A DNA stretch of 64,000 bases from Okamejei kenojei (Eukaryota), in NCBI GenBank assembly GCA_035221665.1, contig CM069170.1, positions 434,001-498,000 of the forward strand, in the 5' to 3' direction. Shown here in pieces: positions 12,056-24,900 of this stretch. The notes beneath the pieces were generated by a model. That model was not told the DNA's origin. It made no database searches and was given only the letters and a program-made list of their open reading frames with translations. Within the stretch, counting starts at the first letter, position 1; every line of letters begins with the position of its first letter. The position numbers and the translations under genes were made by a program.

Positions 12056-14454
12056 CCCTGGAAACTCTTCAACTGCCCTGAGAACTCTTCAACTGCACTC
12101 AGAAATGTTCAACCGCCCTGCACACTCTTCAACCGCTCTGGACTATCTTCAAAACGCCCTGAAAAAACTCTGAAATCGCCCTGAAATATCTTCAACCGCT
12201 CTGCAAACTCTTCAACCGCGCTGAAAACTCTTCAAAATGACTTGTCAATTAATCAACAGCCCTTCAAACACTTTAAGCGCACTCGGAAATATTCAACCAG
12301 CCATGCAGACTCTTCAACTGCCCCAAGAACTCTTCAAACGCCCTAAAAACTCTTCAAAGCGACCTGAAAACTCTTCACTTGCTCTAGACAATCTTCAACC
12401 GTCCAGGAAACTCGGCAACCGCTCTGTAAAATCTTCAACCGCCCTGGGAACTCTTCAAACAGTCTGCAAACTCTTCAAGCGCAGTGCCTACTCTTCAACC
12501 GTCCTGGCAACTCGTCAACTGCCCTGCAAACCGTTTAGGTAACCCACAAACACAGCAACTCAGCGAACATATCGGACACACTGGCAATACCAACCAGCCA
12601 CAAAGCCAACAGCCAAGTCCCAAACCCTTCCGACATGTTCCAACTCTTAAATCGCTCTGAATTCTCTTCAAACGCTCTGCAAACTCTTCAACCGCCCTGT
12701 AAACTCTTCGAAATGACTTGCCAACTCATGAACAGCCCTTTAAACTCTAAGCGCACTCAGAAATTTTCAACCCACCCTGTAAACTCTTCAACTGCCCTGA
12801 AAACACTTCAACCGCCCTGAAAACTCTTCAACCGCCCCGAGAACTCGTGAAACACACTGCAAGCTCTTCAGCCGTTCTGGCAACTCTTCAAAACGCCCTG
12901 CAACACTTCAAAAACCGCCGTGAAAACTCATCCACCGCTCAGAAAACTCTTCAAAAACCGCCTTGCAAACTCTTCAACCGCTCAGGAAACTCTTCAACTG
13001 CCTTGCAAACTCTTCAACCGCCCTGCAAACTCTTCAACCGCCCTGAAAACTCTTCAGGGCAGACATAAATGCTGGAGAAACTCAGCGACATGCTTAGCAA
13101 TCCCCTCCGACATGTTCTAAACTATTCAACCGCCCTGAAAACTCTTCAACCGGCCACGAGAACTCTTTGAAACACACTGCAAGCTCTTCAACCGCTCTGG
13201 AAACTCTTCAACCGACCTGAAAAATCTTCAAACGCCCAGAGAACTCCGCAACCGCTCTGGAAACTCTTTCAAACGCCCTGCAAACTATTCAACCGCCTTG
13301 CAAACTCTTCAACCGCCTTGCAAACTCTTCAACCGCCCTGAAAACTCAAAATGACTTGACAACCCATCAAGAGTCTTTCAAACGCTTTAAGCGCACTCAG
13401 AAATTTTCAACCGCCCTGTAAACTCTCCAAGCACACTGAGAACTCTTCAAACAGTCTGCAAACTCTTCAACCGCCCTGGGAACTCTTCAACCGCCCTGGC
13501 AACGCGTCAACTGCCCTGCAATCCATTTAGGTAATCCACAAACACAGCAACTCAGCCAACATATCGGCCTGAAAACTCTTGAACCGCCCTGTACACTCTT
13601 CAAACGCACTGGGAACTCTTCAAACAGTGTGCAAACTCTTTAGGCGCAGTGCCAACTCTTCAACCGCCCTGGCAACTCGTCAACCGCCCTGGAAACACGT
13701 CAACTGCCCTGCAAACCGTTTAGGTAACCCACAAACACAGCAACTCGGCGAACATATCGGACACACTGCCAATACCTACCAGCCGACAAATCCAAGTCCC
13801 AAACCCTTCCGACATGTTCCAATCGCTTAAATCGCCCTGAATTCTCTTCAACCGCTCTGCAAACTCTTCAACCGCCCTGTAAGTTCTTCGAAATGACTTG
13901 CCAACTCAACAACAGCCGTTCAAACTCTTTCAGCGCACTCAGAAATGTTCGACAGCCCTGTAAAACTCTTCAACTGCCCTGAAAAAACTCTTCAACTGCT
14001 CTGAAAACTCTAACAGTCTTGCAAACTCTTCAACCGCCGTTAAAACTCATCAACCGCTCATGAAATTCTTCAACCGCCTTGAAAAGTCATCAACTGCCTT
14101 GCAAACTCTTCAAGCGCCCAGAAAACTCTTTAGGGCAGACAGAAATGCCGGAGAAACTCAGCGACATGCTCAGCAAACCCTCCCGACATGTTGCAAACTC
14201 TTCAACCTCCCTGAATTCTCTTCAGCCGCCCTGCAAACTTCAACCACCCTGAAAACTCTTCAACCGCGCTGAAAACTCTTCACCCGCACTCAGAAATCTT
14301 CAACTACCCTGCAAATTCTTCAAGTGCACTGCAAACTCCTTAACCGCCCGCAAACTCTTTAACCGCCCCGAGAATTCTGGAAACACACTGCAAGCTCTTC
14401 AACCGCTCTGGAAACGCTTCAACCGTCCTGGAAACTCTTCAAAACTCCCCGCAA

Positions 14455-14579
14455 GGGGGGGGGGGGGGGGGGGGGGGGGAGGAGGAAAGGAAGAGGAGGA
14501 GGAGCCCAATGGGATGAGGGACGGGGAGCTGAGAAGGGAGGAGAAAGTAGGGAACTATCTGAAATTAGAGAAGTCAATG
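14455..14579 (-). mobile_element. PLE 3' fragment, copy 4 (partial, starts at the G-tract)
   Basis: Poly-G followed by GAAAGGAAGAGG...ATCTGAAATTAGAGAAGTCAATG. Confidence 0.75.
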
Positions 14580-16453
14580 CCCTGGAAACTCTTCAACTGC
14601 CCTGACAAACTCTTCAACTGCACTCAGTAATCTTCAACCGCCCTGCAAACTCTTCAACCGTCAGGACAATCTTCAAAACGCCCGGCAAACTCTTAAATCG
14701 CTGAAACCACTTCGACCGCCTGCAACTTTTCAACCGCCCTGAAACCTTTTGAAAATGACTTGCCAACTCACCAAGATCCTTTCGAAAGCTTCAACCGCCC
14801 TGCAAACGTTCCAAACCACACTGAGAACTCTTCAAGCACACTGTAGACTATTCAATAGCCCTGAAAACTCTTTCAAACGCCCTGCAATATCTTCAATCGC
14901 CTGTTGACTCTTCAACCGCCCTGCAAACTATTCAAAAGGACCTGGGGACTCGACATTCAGTCTGCAAACTCTTCAAGCGCAGTGCCTACACTTCAACGTC
15001 CTGGCAACTCGTCAGTCGCCCTGGCAAGTCGTCAACTGCACTGCAATCAATTTAGGTACTCACAAACACAGCAACTCAGCGAACATCGGCCCGAAAACTT
15101 CTTCAACCGCCCTGTACACTCTTCAAACGCCCTGGGAACTCTTCAAACAGTGTGCAAAAACTCTTCAGGCGCAGTGCCAACTCTTCAATCGCCCTGGCAA
15201 CTCGTCAACCGCCCGGAAACACGTCAACTGCCCTGCAAAACGCGTTTAGGTATCCCACAAACACAGCAATCTCAGCGAACATATCGGACAACACTGCCAA
15301 CCAACCAGCCGACAAATCCAACAGCCAAGTCCCAAAACCCTTCCGACATGTTCCAATCGCCCTGAATTCACTGCAACCGCTCTGCAAACTCTTCAACCGC
15401 CCCTGGTAAGTTCTTCGAAATGACTTGCCAAACTCATCAAAAGCCCTTCATCTCTTAAAGCGCACCTCAGAAAATTTTAACCGCCCTGTAATACTCTTCA
15501 ACCGCCCTGAAAAAACTCTTTAACCGCCCCAGAAACTCTTTGAAACACACTGCAAGCTCTTCAGCCGTTCTGACAACTCTACATAACGCCTGAAAACTCT
15601 TCAACCGCCGTGAAAACTCATCAACCGGTCAGAAAAATCTTCAACCGCCTTGCAAACCCTACAACCGCCTGCAAACTCTTCAACTGCCTTGCAAACTCTT
15701 CAACCACATGAGAACTCTTCAAACACTCTGCAAACGTTCAACCGCCCTGAGAACTCTTCAAGCGCTCTGGAAAATCTTCAAAACGTCCTGGGAAACTCTT
15801 CATCCGCTCTGGAAAATCTTCAAACGCCCAGGGAACTCTTCAAACAGTCTGCAAACTTTTCAAGCGCAGTGCCTACTCCTTCAACCGCCTGGCAAACTGG
15901 TCAGCCGCCCTGGCAACTTGTTCAAACTGGCTGCTCTGCAAACCGTTTAGGTAACCCACAAACACAGCCAACTCAGCGAACATATCGGACATACTGAGAA
16001 TACCAATCAGCCACTAACGCCAACAGCCAAGTCCAAACCCTTCCGACATGTTCCAAACTCTTAAATCGCCATGAAACCTCTTCAAACTGCTCTGCAAAAC
16101 ACTTCAACAGCCCTGTTAAACCTTTCGACTTGCCAAGTCATCAACAGCGCTTCAAACTCTTTAAGCGCACTCAGAAATATTCAACCGCCCTGTAAAACTC
16201 TTCAAACCGCCTTGAAAAACTCTTCAACAAACGCCCCGAGAACTCTTGAAACACACTGCCAAGCTCTTTCGACCGCTCTGGAAACTCTTCAACTGTGCTG
16301 GAGACTCTTCAACCGCCTGAAAACTCTTCTAAAATTACTTGCCGATTCATCAACCGCCCTGCAAATTTTCAATCGCCCTGCAAACTCCTCAACTGACCGA
16401 GATCTCTTTTGGAACGCCCCTGCAAACTCTTCAATCGCCTTGGAAATTATTCA

Positions 16454-16689
16454 GGGTAGACTTGGAAACTATTTCTCCAAGAATGCTGGAGAAAACTCAG
16501 CGGGTGAGGCAGCATCTATGGAGCGAAGGAAATAGGCAACGTCTCGGGCCCCAAACCCTGTTTCAGACTGATGTGAGGGCGTGGGGGGCCGGGAAAAAGA
16601 AAGGAAGAGGAGGAGCCAATGGGATGAGGGAGAGCTGGAATGGGAGGAGGGAAAGTAGGGCGCTCTATCCGAAATTAGAGAAGTCAATG
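16454..16689 (-). mobile_element. PLE 3' fragment, copy 5
   Basis: Same module, with a small insertion near its left end. Confidence 0.8.
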
Positions 16690-17960
16690 CCCCGGAAACT
16701 CTTCACCTGCCCCCTGAGAACTCTTCGAACTGCACTCAGAAATCTTCAACCGGCCCTGCACACTCCCTTCAACCGCTCTGACCAATCTTCAAAACGCCCT
16801 GGAAAAAACTCTTGAAATCGCCCTGAAATATCTTCAAAAACCTCTGCAAACTCTTCAAAACCGCGCTGAAAACTCTTCCAAAATGACTTGCCAATTGATC
16901 GACAGCTCTTCAAAACGGCTTTAGGCGCACTCGGAATATTCAACCTGCCCTGCTGACTCTTCAACTGCCCCGAGAACTCTTCAAACGCCCTTGAAAACTC
17001 TTCAAACGACAAAAACGCTTCACCTGCACTAGACAATCATCAACCACCTGCAAACTCTTCAACCGCTCTGTAAATCTTCCAACGGTCCTGGGAACTCGTT
17101 CAAACAGTCTACAAACCTTCAGCGCAGGCCTACTCTTCAACAGTCTTGGCAACTCGTTAGCCGGCCCCTGGCAGCTCGTCCAACTGCCCTGAAAACCGTT
17201 TAGTAACCCAACAAACCCAGCAACTCAGCGAACATATCGGACACACTCAATACCACCAGCCGAACAAATCCGAACAGCCAAGTCTCAAACCCTTCCCGAC
17301 CATATTCCAATCGCTTAAATCGCCCTGAATTCTCTTTTCAACTGCTCTACAAACTCTCAACCGCCCTGTAAGTTCTTCGAAATGACTTGCCAACTCAACA
17401 ACAGCCGTTCAAACTCTTTCAGCGCACTCAGAAATGTTCGACAGCCCTGTAAACTCTTCAACTGCCCTGAAAACTCTTCAACTGCCCTGGAAACCCTTCA
17501 ACCGCCCTGAAAACTCTTCAACCGCCCTGAAAACTCTTTAACCGCCCCGAGAACTCTTGCAACACACTGCAAGCTCATCCGCCGTTCTGGCAACTCTTCA
17601 AAACGCCCTGCAAACTCCTCAACTGTCTTCCAACGCTTCAACCGCCGTTAAAACTCATCAACCGCTCAGGAAACTCTTCAACCGCCTTGCAAACTCTTCA
17701 ACCGCCTTGCAAACTCTTCAACCGCCTTGCAAACTCTTCAACGGCCTTGCAAACTTTTCAACGGCCTTGCAAACCCTTCAACGCTCTGGAAACTCTTCAG
17801 CGCAGACAGAAATGCTGGAGAAACTCAGCGCCATCCTCATCCAACCCTTCCGACATGTTCCAAACTCTTCGACTCTGGGAACACACTGCAAGCTCTTCAA
17901 CCGCTCAGGTAACTCTCTAAAACGCCCTGCAAACTCTTGAACCGCCCTGGAAACTCTTCA

Positions 17961-18170
17961 GGGTAGATAAGCATGCTGGAGAAACTCAGCGGGTGTGGCA
18001 GCATCTATGGAGCGAAGGAATAGGCAACGTCTCGGGTTCAAACCCTGTTTCAGACTGATGTGAGGGTGGGGGGCCGGGAAGAAGAAAGGAAGAGGCGGAG
18101 CCGGTGGGCTGAGGGAGAGCTGAGAAGGGGAGGAGAAAGTAGGGACTATCTGAAATAAGAGAAGTCAATG
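17961..18170 (-). mobile_element. PLE 3' fragment, copy 6
   Basis: Same module and flanks. Confidence 0.8.
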
Positions 18171-19201
18171 CCCTGGAAACTCTCAACTGCCCTGAGAACT
18201 CTTCAACTGCACTCAGAAATCCTTCAGACATGTTCCGATCCCTTCAATAGTCCTGAAAGCTCTTTAACCGCCCTGCACACTCTTCGCCCGCTCTGGAAAA
18301 TCTTCAAAACGCCCTGAAAAAACTCTGAAATCGCCCTGAAATATCTTCAACCGCTCTGCAAATTTCAACCGCGCTGAAAACTCTTCAAAATGACTTGGCA
18401 ATTGATCAACAGCCGTTCAAACTCTTTAGGCGCACTCGGAAATATTCAACCTGCCGTGCAGATTTTTCAACTGCTAACCGAGAACTCTTCAAACGCCTGG
18501 AAAACTCTTCAAAACGACTTGAAAACTCTTCAACTGCTCTAGATAATCTTCAACCGCCCTGTAAACCGCTCTGTAAAATCTTCAACAGCCCTGGGAACTC
18601 TTCAAACAGTCTGCAAACTCTTCAAGCGCAGTGCCTACTCTTCAACCGCCCTGGTAACTCGTCAACTGCCCTGCACACCGTTTAGGTAACCCACAAACAC
18701 AGCAACGCAGCGAACATATCGGACACACTGCCAATACCAACCAGCCACAAAGCCAACAGCCAAGTCCCAAACCCTTCCGACATGTTCCAAACCCTCCAAC
18801 CGCCCTAAGTACTCTTCAAACACACTGCAAACTCGGCAACCGTCCTAAGAACTCTTCAACCGCCCTGCAAGCTCTTCAACCGCCCTGAAAACACTTCTAT
18901 CGCCCCGAGAACACTTGACACACACTGAAAGCTCTTCAACCGCTCTGGAAACTCTTCAACAGTCCTATAAACTCTTGAAAATGCCCTGCAAACTGTTCAA
19001 CCACCAGGTAAGTTCTTCAGCCCCTCTGGAAACTCTTCAGCCGCCCTGAAAACTCTCCAACTGTCTTGCAAACTCTTCAACCGCCGTGAAAAACTCTTCA
19101 CCCGCTCTGGAATCTTCAAAACGCTCTGGAAACTCTTCAGCTGCCTTAACAACTCTTAAACCGCCTTGCAAACTCTTCAACACGGCCCTGGAAAGTCTTC
19201 A

Positions 19202-19329
19202 GGGTAGACAAAAATGCTGGATGAAACTCAACGGGGTGAGCAGCATCTATGGAGCGACAGGAAAGTGGCAAGATTTTCAGAGTGATGTGAGGGTGGGGGG
19301 GGGGGGGAGGGAGGGGGGGGGGGCGGGTG

Positions 19330-19365
<36 letters not shown>

Positions 19366-19480
19366 CGTTGTGGGGTGGGAGTCGGAAGAAAGAAATAAAG
19401 AAGAGGAGCCAATGGGTTGGGGAGGAGAGCTGAGAATGGTGAGGGAAAAAGTAGGGACTATTTGAAATTAGAGGTCAATG
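19202..19480 (-). mobile_element. PLE 3' fragment, copy 7 (expanded G-tract)
   Basis: Same module; the G-rich tract spans ~19290-19380. Confidence 0.75.
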
Positions 19481-20199
19481 CCCTGCAAACTCTTCAACTG
19501 CTCTGGACAATCTTCAAAACGCCCTGAAAAAACTTAAACCGCCTTGAAATCTCTTCAACCGCTCTGCAAATTATTCAACCGCTCTGCAAACTCTTCAAAT
19601 GACTTGCCAACTCGTCAAAAGCCCTTCCAACACTTAAGCGCACTCAGAATTCTTCAACCGCCCTCTAAACTCTCCAACCACACTGGGAACACGTCAAACA
19701 CTCTGCAAATTCTTGAACTGCCCGGAGAGCTCTTCAACCGCCCTGCAAACTCTTCAATTGCCCTGTAAACTCTTCAACCGCCCTGCAAACTCTTCAAAAC
19801 GACAGGAAAACTCTTTAACCGCTGTAGAAATTCTTCAGCTGCTCTGAAAACACTTCAACCGCACTGCAAACTCTCCAAGCGCCCTGACAACACTTTAGCC
19901 GCCACGAGAACTCCTGAAACGCACTGCAAGCTCTTCAACCGCTCTGGAAACTCTTCAACCATCCTGGAAATTCTTCGAAACACCCTGCAAACTCTTCAAC
20001 CGCCCTGCAAGCTCTTCAACCGCTCTGGAAAATCTTCAACCGCCCAGAAAACTCTCCAACTGTCTTGCAAACTCTTCAACCGCCGTGAAAACTCTTCACC
20101 CGTTCCGGAAACTCTTCAAAACGCTCTGCAAACTCTTCAACTGCCTTAAAAACTCTTCAACCGCCTTGCAAACTCTTCAACCGCCCTGGAAACTCTTCA

Positions 20200-20419
20200 G
20201 GGTAGACAAAAATGCTGGGGAAACTCAGCGGGTGAGGCAGCATCTATGGAGCGAAGGAAATAGGCAACGTTTTTTCAGACTGATGTGAGGGTGGGTTGGG
20301 GGGGGGGGGGGGGGGGGGGGAGCCGGGAAGAAGAAAGGAAGAGGAGGAGCCGGTGGGTTCAGGGAGAGCTGAGAAGGGGAGGAAAAAGTAGGGACTATCT
20401 GAAATGAGAGAAGTCAATG
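20200..20419 (-). mobile_element. PLE 3' fragment, copy 8 (hammerhead stem II deleted)
   Basis: Same module; GGCAACGTTTTTTCAGAC shows loss of the stem II segment. Confidence 0.8.
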
Positions 20420-21822
20420 CCCTGGAAACTCTTCAACTGCCCTGAGAACTCTTCAACTGCACTCAGAAATTTTCAACCGCCCTGTAAACTCTTCAACCGC
20501 TCTGGACAATCTTCAAAACGCCCTGAAAAACTTAAATCGCATTGAAATCTCTTGAATCGCTCTGCAAACTCTTCAACCGCCCTGAAAATTCTTCAACCAC
20601 TCTGGAAAATCTTTAAACGCCCTGGGAACTCTTCAAACAGTCTGCAAGCTCTTCAAGCGCAGTGCGAACTGCTTCAACCGCCTTCGGCAATACTCGTCAA
20701 AACTGCTCTTCTTATCCGTTTAGGTAATCCACAAAATCACAGCAACTCAGCGAAACATATCGGACACACTGCCAATACCAACCGGCCACAAAGCCAACAG
20801 CCAAGTCCCAAACCCTTCAGACATGTTCCAATCCCTTCAACCGCTCTGAAAGCTCTTCAACCTCCCTGGAAACTCTTCTAAACGCCCTGCAAACTCTTCC
20901 ACCGCCCTGGAAACTCTTCAACTGCCCTGAGAACTCTCCAACTGCACTCAGAAATCTTCAACCGCCCTGCAAACTCTCCAACCGCTCTGGAAACATTTCA
21001 AAACGCCCTGCAAACTATTCAGCCGCCCTGCAAACATTTCAACGGCACTTGAAACTCTTGAGCCGATCGGTAAACTCTTCAATCACGCTGAAAACTCTTC
21101 AACACAGCAACGCAGCGAACATATCGGACACACTGCCAATACCAACCAGTCACAACGCCCACAGCCAAGCCCCAACCGCCCTGGAAACTCTTCAACCGCC
21201 CTAAGTACTCTGCAAACACTCTGCAAACTCTTCAAGCGCAGTGCAAAGTCTTCAACCGTCCTGTGAACTCTTCAACCGCTCTGGTAAAATCTTCAAACGC
21301 CCTGGGAACTCTTCAAACAGTCTGCAAGCTCTTCAAGCGCAGTGCCAACTCTTCAACCGCCCTGGCAACTCGTCAACTGCCCTGCAAACCGTTTAGGTAT
21401 CCCACAAACACAGCAACGCAGCGAACATATCGGACACACTGCCAATACCAACCTGCCACAAAGCGAACAGCCAAGTCCCAAACCCTTCCGACATGTTCCA
21501 AACATTTCAACCGCTCTGTAAGCTCTTCAACTGCTGTGGATGCTCTTCAAAATGCCCCACGACTCTTTAACCGCACCACGAAACGTTTCAAACGCTCATG
21601 CCAAAATATTTCAAACCGCTATGAATACTCTTCGAAAACACCTCTAACTCCTTAAACCGCCTCTGGAAAACACTTCAAACAAAAACGGGCCCTGCAAGGC
21701 TTTTCAACCGCCCAGAAAACACTCCAATTGCACTAGAAACACTTCAACCGCTGTGAAAACTTAAAAACGTCCCAAAAACCACTTCTACCAGACTCAGAAT
21801 TCTACAACCGCCTGAAAACCCG

Positions 21823-21985
21823 TCAACCGCCCTGAGAACTCTTCAACCGCCCTGAGAACTCTTCAACCGCCCTGAGAACTCTTCAACCGCCCTGAGAACT
21901 CTTCAACCGCCCTGAGAACTCTTCAACCGCCCTGAGAATTCTTCAACCGCCCTGAGAACTCTTCAACCGCCCCGAGAACTCTTCA
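21823..21985 (+). repeat. Near-perfect run of ~8 x 20-bp monomers (TCAACCGCCCTGAGAACTCT)
   Basis: Lines 21841-21960 repeat exactly every 20 bp with one substitution. Confidence 0.97.
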
Positions 21986-24900
21986 GCTGCACCGCAAGCT
22001 CTTCAACCGCTCTGGAAACACTTCAACCGCTCAGCAAACTCTTCAAAACGCCCTGCAAACTCCTCAACCGCCTTGAAAAATCTTCAACCGCTCAGCGAAC
22101 ATATCGGACTCATTGGCAATACGTCAACAAGCCGACAAAGCAACAGGTAAGTCCCAAACCCTTCAGATATGTTCCAAATTCTTCAACAGCCTCAACCGCC
22201 CACGAAAATTCTTCAACCGCCCTTCAAATTCTTCAAAATGCCCCGCAATCTCTTCAACCGGCCTGAGAACTCCTCAATCAAATCTAGTTGCACTTATGTG
22301 TAATGGCAATAAAATATATTATTATTAACCGCCTGAGAATTCTTCAACCTTTCTTCAAAGTCTTCAAACGCGCTGCAAACTCTTCAATCGCCCTACAAAC
22401 TCTTCAACCGCCCTGCAAACTTCTTAACCGCCCTGAGAACTCTTTAACCGCTCCGCAAGCTCGCCAACTGCCCTGGAAACTCTTAAACCGTCGTGCAAAT
22501 TCGTCAACCGCCCTTAGAAATCTTCACAGACTCTGGAAACATTTCAAACGCACTGCGAACTCTTCACAAACGCACCAGAAAAGACAATTCACCCGCCCTG
22601 AAAATCTTCTAAATGCCTTGGCAAACTCTTCAACCGCTCTGGAAACTCTTCAACCGCACTCAGAAATCTTCAACCGCTCTGGAAACTCTTTAAACAGTCT
22701 GCAAACTCTTCAACCGCACTCAGAAATCTTCAACCGTCCTGGAAACTCTTCACCCGCCCTTGCAAACCGTTTAGGTAACAGCACCTCAGCGAACATACTG
22801 CCAATACCAACCAGCCACAAAGCCAACAGCCAAGTCCCAAGCACTTCAGGCAAGTTCCAAACTCTTCAACCGCCCTGCAACTCTTCACCAGAACTAAAAA
22901 CCCTTCAACCTCCCCGCAAGCTCTTCAACCGCTGTGGATGCTCCTCAAAATGCCCCATCGACTTTTTAACCGCCCAGGAAACGTTTCAACCGCTCTGCAA
23001 ACTCTCCAACCGCTCTGAATACTCTTCAAACACTCTGAAATGAAAAGCTCGTCAACCGCCCTGCAAAGCTCTTTCAATCGCCTCTGAGAACTCTTCAAAA
23101 CCGCACCCCGTCGAGAACTCTTCAACCGCCCCGAGAAACTCTTCAATCGCCCTGAGAACTCTTCAACCGCACCGCAAACCCTTCAACCGCTCTGGAAACT
23201 CTTCAAAACGCCCTGCAAACTCTTGAACCGCCTTGAAAACTCTTCAACCGCTCAGCCAACATTTCGGACACATTGGCAATACTTCAACAAGCCGACAGGC
23301 AAGTCCCAAACCCTTCAGATATGTTCCAAACTCTTCAAACGCCTGCAAACTCTTCAACCGCCCTTCAAGCTCTTCAACCGCCTGCAATCTCTTCAACTGC
23401 CCTGAGAATTCTTTAACCGCCCTGAGAACTCTTCAACCGCCGCGCAAGCTCTTCAAACGCTCTAGAAATTCTTCAACCGCTCTGGAAACTCTCCAAACGC
23501 TCTGGAAACTCTTCAACCGCTCTGGGAACTCATCATCGGCCTGCAAGCTCTTGAACTGCCCTGCAACCTCTTAAATCACCCCGAATACTCTTCAACCTTT
23601 CCTCAAAGTCTTCAAGCGCGCTGCAAACTCTTCAACCGCCCTGCAAGCTCTTCAACCGCCGTGGATGCTCTTCAAAAATGCCCCGCCGATTCTTCAACCG
23701 CCCTGGAAACACTTCAACCGCTCTACAAAGAGTTACATCGCTCTGACCAATCTTCAAACATTCTGCGACCTCTTCAAACGTCCTGTAAACTCTTCAACCG
23801 CCCTGCAAACACTTCAACCGCCCCGGAAATTCTTCAACCAACTTGCAAACTCTTCAACCGCTCTGGTAACTCTTCTACCGCCCTGCAAACTCCTCAACGC
23901 CCACAGCCAAGTCCCAAACCCTTCAGACATGTTCCAAACGCTTCAACCGACCTGTAAACTCTTCAACCGCCCTAACTACTCTTCAAACACTCTGCAAACT
24001 CTTCAACCGCCCTGGAAACTCTTCAACGGCCCTGCAAGCTCTTCAACCGCCCAGAAAACACTCCAATTGCACTAGAAACATTCCAACCGCTGTGGAAACT
24101 CTTAAAAACGTCCTGCAACCACTTCTAGCAGACTCAGAATTCTACAACCGCCTGAAAACTCGTCAACCGCCATGCAAGCTCTTCAACCGCCCTGAGAACT
24201 CTTCAACCGCCTCGAGAACTCTTCAACCGCCCCGAGAAATCTTCAACCGCCCCGAGAACTATTTAACCGCCCTGAGAACTCTTCAACCGCTCTGGAAACT
24301 CTTAAAAACGCCCTGCAAACTCTCCAACCGCCTTGAAAACTCTTCAACCGCTCAGCGAACATATCGGACACATTGGCAATACTTCAACAAGCCTACAAAA
24401 GAAATAGGCAAGTCCCAAACCCTTCCAAGCTCCAACAGCCCCACAAACTCGTCAACCGCCCTGCAAACACTTCAATCGCTGTGCAAACTCTTCACCCGCC
24501 CTGAGAACTCTTCAACCGCCCTGCAAACTCCTCAACCGCCCTGAGAACTCTTTAACCGCTCTGCAAGCTCTTCGACCGCCTTGGAAACGTTTACACCGTC
24601 GTGCAAATTCGTCAACCGCCCTTAGAAATCTTCACACACTCTGGAAACTTTTCAAACGCACTGCGAACTCTTCACAACGCACAGAAGACAATTCACCCGC
24701 CCTGAAAACTCTTCTAAATACCTTGCCAACTCTTCAACAGCTCTTCCAACTCTTTAACCGCACTCAGAAATGTTCAACCCTGAAGCTCTTCAACTGCCCT
24801 TCAAACTCTTAAATCACCCTGCAAACTCTTCAACCGCCCTGAGAACTCTTCGACCGCTCTGGAAATTCTTCAACCGCACTCAGAAATCTTCAACCGTCCT

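Noticed and set aside
19086-19433. Poly-Gly / poly-Pro ORFs
   Set aside because: They are translations of the G-tract in a PLE UTR fragment.
21823-21985. CRISPR-like short regular repeats
   Set aside because: The repeats are head-to-tail with no unique spacers, there are no cas genes, and the context is vertebrate TEs.
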